64,000 nucleotides of DNA from Acidobacteriota bacterium (GTDB lineage: Bacteria > Acidobacteriota > UBA890 > WLXD01). The notes under the pieces are model-generated. The model searched no databases. It saw only the letters and a program-made list of their open reading frames with translations, and was not told where the DNA came from. The stretch's first letter is position 1. The number at the start of each line of letters is the position of its first letter. Location: contig JAJCXS010000038.1 of the NCBI GenBank assembly GCA_029263335.1, forward strand, positions 5,823-69,822. Direction: 5' to 3'. Shown here in pieces: positions 59,378-64,000 of this stretch. Position numbers and translations under genes: made by a program.

Positions 59378-59740
59378 TTACCTCCTCGCGCGGGCCGGAG
59401 ACTCGCCGAGTAGGGCGTCGGCAGCCGCCGAGGTGCGACGCAGGCGTTCGGCTTCCATGCGTACGACGCTGCTGCCGAGGTCCGTGATTCGCCAGTAGCG
59501 GCGCGGCGGGCCATGCGATTCGCTTGGAGGGTTGCGGTCCTCGTCGATGAGTTCCGCTCGACGCAATCTGCGAACCGCGGCATACAGCGTGCTCGTGCCC
59601 AGCACCATGTCGCCGCCAGTGCGCTCGCGGATGTCAGCGATGGCCGCGTAGCCGTGGAGCGCGGCGCGACTTAACGACAACAGAATCTCGAAGTCGTGCG
59701 GTGCCAGGGGCAGGTGCTGCCGGGGATCGTTCTCTTGCAT
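59378..59740 (-). CDS. PadR family transcriptional regulator
   Basis: FEILLSL...LHGYAAI...GTSTLYAAVRRL...RRYWRITDLG. Confidence 0.88.
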   Translation of the reverse strand: MQENDPRQHLPLAPHDFEILLSLSRAALHGYAAIADIRERTGGDMVLGTSTLYAAVRRLRRAELIDEDRNPPSESHGPPRRYWRITDLGSSVVRMEAERLRRTSAAADALLGESPARARR

Positions 59741-59829
59741 GGGACGGTTCCTTTCATCTATTCCAAATCGCGCTATAGCGCACCGTACACTAGATACTCG
59801 AATTTCGCTAGAGTCCTGCAAACGATTCC

Positions 59830-59858
59830 TTGCGTCCCCAGGACGTAATGTTTAGCAT
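59830..59858 (+). promoter_or_regulatory. Sigma70-like promoter of the rightward PadR, flanked by repeats
   Basis: TTGCGT-N17-TAGCAT. The inverted repeat ATTCCTTGC (59825-59833) / GCAAGGAAT (59860-59868) brackets it. Confidence 0.55.
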
Positions 59859-59896
59859 TGCAAGGAATTCAATACTGGCTTTGCAAGGGAAAAGAT

Positions 59897-60223
59897 ATGG
59901 GACGCGATTCACTGGGCGATTTTGAACAACTCGTGCTGCTTGCTGTGGCGCGCCTCGGCGAGCAGGCATACGTGGTGCCGATTCTCGAGGAGATCGCAAC
60001 GCGCACCGGCCGTGAGGCGAGCCATGCGGCTGTTTACGTCGCTCTGCGCCGCTTGGAAGCTAAGAACCTCGTCGCCTCGCGCCTTGGCGAGCCCACCTCC
60101 GAACGGGGCGGCCGTGCCAAGCGGTTCTTCCGGCTGGAGCCCGATGCGATCGAGCGGCTACGTGAATCCCGTGATGCGTTGCTGTCGATGTGGGACGGAG
60201 TGGAAGAGGGGTTGCCGCGGTGA
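59897..60223 (+). CDS. PadR family transcriptional regulator
   Basis: LGDFEQLVLLAV...AYVVPI...AVYVALRRLEAK...RGGRAKRFF. Confidence 0.88.
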   Translation: MGRDSLGDFEQLVLLAVARLGEQAYVVPILEEIATRTGREASHAAVYVALRRLEAKNLVASRLGEPTSERGGRAKRFFRLEPDAIERLRESRDALLSMWDGVEEGLPR

Positions 60224-62961
60224 GCGGGCCCGTTCGTCGTTCGCGTCCGCGCGTGCCGCTCACAGCAGCCGCACTGATCACGCGCGTGCTGCCGCCGGGT
60301 TTTCGCCGCGACGTCCTGGGTGACCTCGAGGAGAACTTCCATATGACCCGGCGTGAGCGCGGCGGATGGCGCGCGCGGGCCTGGTACTGGCGCCAAGCTG
60401 CCGATTTTGTCTGGAAACTACGGACCGCAGGGTTCTCCGGCGGACTACCGAACGATCCCCATCGTGAGCACAAAGTGATCAGAACGATTCTCTCCGATGC
60501 TCGTTATGCTGTTCGCGGGCTCTTGGCCGAGCCGATGTTCACGCTCATCGTCGTCGGAACTCTGGCGCTGGCGATCGGAGCCAACACGGCTATCTTCTCG
60601 GTGGTCAACGGCCTGCTGCTGAGTCCGCTCAACTACCCCGATCCCGATCGACTGGTACGAGTGCACCAGTACTACGCGGAGGCTACGCACCCGAAGGGCG
60701 ACCCACAGAGCTACGACGTCGTGTCGCCGATCGACTATCTCGACTACCGCGAACGTGAGCAGATCTTCTCCTCGCTCGTCGCGTTCGGGAACTACAGCCC
60801 GACCGGGTATGACCTGAGTGGCGACGGGCCGGCACGACGCCTCACATCATTACCCGTGACTGCCGACTATTTCGAAGTGTTCGGAACACGACCGATCATG
60901 GGCCGGGTGTTCGAGCGCGAGGAAGAAAACGGCGAGTCCCGAGTGGTGTTGCTCTCGGCGGCTTTGTGGCAGAACGTCTTCGATTCGGATCCCGACATCG
61001 TCGGCCAGATCATCCAGATGGACGGTGGAGGTTGGGAGGTCATCGGCGTGATGCCGCCGGAATTTATGGATCTCGTCGGAGGGCGAACCGACGTCTGGGT
61101 GCCACAGAATATGACCCCGGGCGGGTTCAACGTTCGCGACAACCACTACATGAACGTGGTTGGAAGGCTCTCGCCGGGAGTGAGCCTCGATGAGGCGCAG
61201 CAGCGGCTGGACGTCTACGCGGAGGAGCTGGCGCAGCAGTACCCAGACTCCAACGAGGGGCGCTGGGCATTCCTGGTGCCGCTGCACCAGGACTCGTTAG
61301 GAAACGCCGACACGATGTTGTGGGTTCTTCTTGCATCGACGGGCGTGGTGTTGATGATTGGCTGCGTAAACGTGGCGAATCTGTTGATCGGCCGTGGCAT
61401 CCGGCGGCGGAAGGAGTTCGCGGTGCGGGCAGCGCTCGGCTCCGGCCGATTGCGGCTGATCGCCCAGCTGCTTACCGAGAGTGCGCTGCTTGCGCTCATG
61501 GGCGGCGTGGTCGGCGTGGGCCTGGCCATGGCCCTCACGGGTGCGCTCCTGCGGGGTGCCCCGGAGGAGCTGACGATCATCAACCCGGTGAGCTTCGACC
61601 TGCGCGTGCTCGGGTTTTCACTCGTGGTATCGCTGGTCACGGCTGTCTTCTTCGGTGCCGTTCCTGCGTTCCGGAGTGTCGGCGCACGGCTCGAAACGAC
61701 CTTGAGAGAAGGCGATCGCGGCAATACGGGGGCAGCCGGCACGCAGCGGATGCGTGCAGCGCTGGTGGTGAGTGAGGTCGCGCTGGCGCTCGTCTTGCTC
61801 GTGGCCGCGGGGCTGATGATGCGCAGCTTCTGGCTGTTGCAGAACCAGGACCTGGGCGTCTCGCCCGAGAACGTCCTGACGTACGAACTGCGCCTACCGG
61901 CTGCCCGGTACGCGACTGGCGAAGAGCGTGAGGCGTTCTATCAGCGCCTCCACGATCGCGTCGCGACCATTCCCGGAGTGCAAGCCACGGGTGGAGTCCA
62001 ATGGCTGCCGATAACGGGCAGTTTCAACATGTGGGGCTTTGGCGTTGCCGATCCACAAGACGAGGATGGCTGGGAGTTCCACTCTGCGAACGTCCGTACG
62101 ATTTCCGGCGACTACCTCGAGACGGTAGGTATCCCTCTGCTCGCGGGACGGCCCTGGGGGCCGGAGCACTTGCTGGCCGGCCCGATAGATCGTGCCAACG
62201 AGGGAGAGGAAGAAGGCGCCGAGCGTCCACTGTATGCGGGCTACGTGAACCAGGCGACGGTGCGCGAGGGGTGGGGCGAAGGTGCTACGCCGATCGGCGA
62301 GGTCATCATAGCCGGAGGCCGCGACTTCGAGATCATCGGAATCGTGGGGGACACTCTCTTACGTCACCATGCGCCAGCGGTGCCGAAGGTGTACTTCTCT
62401 CACACCCAGTTCTCGACCAACCGACGCTGGGACATGTTTCAGCTGGTTAGGAGTGACGGCGAGGTGCCTGAGCTGATGTCGATGGTTCGCGCCGAGATCG
62501 CGGAGATCGACCCCGAGTTGGTTGCTTACAACGTGCGAGGACTCGAGCAAGCAATTGGCACCGGGATTGCCAGCACGAAGTTCGCCATGTCGGTACTCAT
62601 CGGATTTGCGGCGTTGGCCGCCGTGCTCGCGGCGCTGGGCACCTACGGCGTTTTGGCCTACACCGTGGGGCAGCGCCAGCACGAGATCGGTATCCGAATG
62701 GCGCTCGGTGCGCGTGCCGTCCAGGTCCAGGCAATGATCCTGCGCCAGGGTCTGCTGTTCGCTCTGGTCGGCACAGCAGTTGGTCTCGGGAGCGCCTACG
62801 GGGCGACCCGGGTGATGAGTTCACTGCTCTACGGCGTTTCGGCGACCGACCCTGCAGTGTTCGCCGCCGTTGGCCTGGTTGTGGTTGCGCTAGCGTTAGT
62901 CGCTGCATGGATCCCCGCGCGTCGCGCGACGCGCGTGAATCCGGTTCGCGTATTGCGGTGA
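60220..62961 (+). CDS. Duplicated MacB/FtsX-type ABC permease (ADOP-like) no. 3 with N-terminal extension
   Basis: The GTG start overlaps the PadR stop (GTGA). Prefix GDLEENF...WYWRQ precedes SDARYAVRGL; IPARRATRVNP ending. Confidence 0.9.
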   Translation: MSGPVRRSRPRVPLTAAALITRVLPPGFRRDVLGDLEENFHMTRRERGGWRARAWYWRQAADFVWKLRTAGFSGGLPNDPHREHKVIRTILSDARYAVRGLLAEPMFTLIVVGTLALAIGANTAIFSVVNGLLLSPLNYPDPDRLVRVHQYYAEATHPKGDPQSYDVVSPIDYLDYREREQIFSSLVAFGNYSPTGYDLSGDGPARRLTSLPVTADYFEVFGTRPIMGRVFEREEENGESRVVLLSAALWQNVFDSDPDIVGQIIQMDGGGWEVIGVMPPEFMDLVGGRTDVWVPQNMTPGGFNVRDNHYMNVVGRLSPGVSLDEAQQRLDVYAEELAQQYPDSNEGRWAFLVPLHQDSLGNADTMLWVLLASTGVVLMIGCVNVANLLIGRGIRRRKEFAVRAALGSGRLRLIAQLLTESALLALMGGVVGVGLAMALTGALLRGAPEELTIINPVSFDLRVLGFSLVVSLVTAVFFGAVPAFRSVGARLETTLREGDRGNTGAAGTQRMRAALVVSEVALALVLLVAAGLMMRSFWLLQNQDLGVSPENVLTYELRLPAARYATGEEREAFYQRLHDRVATIPGVQATGGVQWLPITGSFNMWGFGVADPQDEDGWEFHSANVRTISGDYLETVGIPLLAGRPWGPEHLLAGPIDRANEGEEEGAERPLYAGYVNQATVREGWGEGATPIGEVIIAGGRDFEIIGIVGDTLLRHHAPAVPKVYFSHTQFSTNRRWDMFQLVRSDGEVPELMSMVRAEIAEIDPELVAYNVRGLEQAIGTGIASTKFAMSVLIGFAALAAVLAALGTYGVLAYTVGQRQHEIGIRMALGARAVQVQAMILRQGLLFALVGTAVGLGSAYGATRVMSSLLYGVSATDPAVFAAVGLVVVALALVAAWIPARRATRVNPVRVLR

Positions 62962-62993
62962 AGGGTTAGGGCCCGTCCGCGAGTCGCGCTGAA

Positions 62994-64000
62994 TCAGCCT
63001 TCGCGGAGCGTTTCGGCGGGGTCGATACGCGCGGCTCGCCGTGCCGGAAGATATGCCGCTGTAGCCGCCGCTAGCAGGATCGCTGCCACCACCGTGACCA
63101 AGGTCACCGGGTCGAGGGGAGATACCCCCACCAGGAACGAGCCCAGCAGCGGGCCGAGAGCCGCACTGATCCCCAGTCCTGCCGTGGCGCCGGCGATGGT
63201 GAGGGCCAGTGCCGAGCGCAGCAGGAGTTTTACCGATTGCTCGGGGGGAGCGCCAAGTGCCAGACGGATGCCCAGCTCGCGCCTACGCGATGCCGCGGTG
63301 AACGACACCATGCCGTAGATTCCCGTGAGCGCCAGCACCAGGCCGATGATGCCAAGCCCGCCAGCGACCCGGCTGGTGATCTCCTGTGGCAGCAGGAACG
63401 AATCGAGAAGGTCTTGCTGTGGGCGAACGTCGCGCAGGCGGGCCGTTGAGTCGACGTCTTCGACATGGGCGCGCAGTCGTCGGGCGACTGCGGAGGGGGC
63501 AAGCTCGGTACGCATGACCAGCGTCATCGCGTGGCGAGGATTCTGCGCCAGCGGAAGATAGAGAAGAGGGCCGGGTCGTCGATTCTGCACCAGGTGCAAG
63601 GTGTCGCGCGCTACCCCGACGACGGTGGTCTCTCGGCCTCGGAGCATCAGCTGCTCACCCACGGCGCTGCGGCTGGCCCAGAGCTGGCGCGCGAGCGTCT
63701 CGCTCACGACCGCCACGGCGAGGGTGCCGTCGCGATCTGCAGGACCGAGAGCACGGCCAGCGACGATCGCGATACCCGTTGCCGCAAGGTACTGGGGGCC
63801 GATGATGTGGGCATCGACAAAGAAGGCATTCTGCCCATCGGGTGGCGCGATGCCGAGCACGCTCACCGGCACGGGGCTGCTGGCTACCCCCACGGGGGTT
63901 GACGAGCCGAGTCCCACGGCCTCCATTCCCGGGGTGAGGCGCAGCGTCGCGGCGAGCTGTTCAAGCACCAGCGCGGCTTCGGCAGGAGTGTAGGCATCGG
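62994..64000 (-). CDS. MacB/FtsX-type ABC permease no. 4 (C-terminal half; 5' part outside window)
   Basis: GIYGMVSF...RELGIRLALGA...LPARRAARIDPAETLR; the frame stays open to the window edge. Confidence 0.85.
   Translation of the reverse strand, partial: DAYTPAEAALVLEQLAATLRLTPGMEAVGLGSSTPVGVASSPVPVSVLGIAPPDGQNAFFVDAHIIGPQYLAATGIAIVAGRALGPADRDGTLAVAVVSETLARQLWASRSAVGEQLMLRGRETTVVGVARDTLHLVQNRRPGPLLYLPLAQNPRHAMTLVMRTELAPSAVARRLRAHVEDVDSTARLRDVRPQQDLLDSFLLPQEITSRVAGGLGIIGLVLALTGIYGMVSFTAASRRRELGIRLALGAPPEQSVKLLLRSALALTIAGATAGLGISAALGPLLGSFLVGVSPLDPVTLVTVVAAILLAAATAAYLPARRAARIDPAETLREG

Noticed and set aside
59377-59583. Long N-terminal starts given by the ORF track (for example permease 2 from 59583, dipeptidase from 5600, BCCP from 6151)
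   Set aside because: They overlap neighbouring real genes. Downstream starts with RBS or stop/start coupling fit better.

Overview
A GC-rich, densely coding bacterial window with about 50 genes. No rRNA, tRNA, CRISPR array, transposase, integrase or phage structural gene was recognisable. PadR genes coupled to duplicated orphan MacB/FtsX permeases, and ECF/anti-sigma/DUF4097/HEAT modules, suggest Acidobacteriota or a Gemmatimonadota-like lineage (inference). From left to right it contains: a membrane alpha/beta-hydrolase and a purple-acid-phosphatase-type lipoprotein; a leucine-catabolism cluster (TetR, HMG-CoA lyase, methylcrotonyl-CoA carboxylase with a split alpha subunit, and a hydratase) with a Tat-exported M19 dipeptidase coupled to it; a CBS protein, a DUF4097-like protein, a TonB-dependent receptor, an exported M55 D-aminopeptidase and a sulfatase-fold lipoprotein; a MoxR-DUF58-BatA-vWA operon; ECF module 1; TIGR01777, LutC, a LutB-CCG fusion and an Aas-like trifunctional fusion; a methyltransferase-like lipoprotein, a sodium:solute symporter and a DUF5916 protein; ECF module 2 (two HEAT proteins plus a divergent paralog pair); a CarH/LitR-like MerR regulator lacking the cobalamin ligands; a penicillin acylase, a Spy-like protein, MATE, TrmL, a trans-sulfuration enzyme and Bcp; and four orphan ABC permeases with two PadR genes. 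The most notable signal not explained by the gene list is a candidate ECF regulon read directly from the DNA. Four copies of (T/C)GAAAC(T/C)-N16-CGT(A/C) with identical spacing lie upstream of a DUF4097-like gene, the paralog pair (two copies) and the one complete permease lacking a PadR partner. A second, weaker motif, AC(C/T)TT-N16-TCTAA, precedes the ECF1 operon and the Spy-like gene. All product calls rest on motif recognition by eye; no database search was run. Start codons were re-picked by hand where the ORF track ran long.
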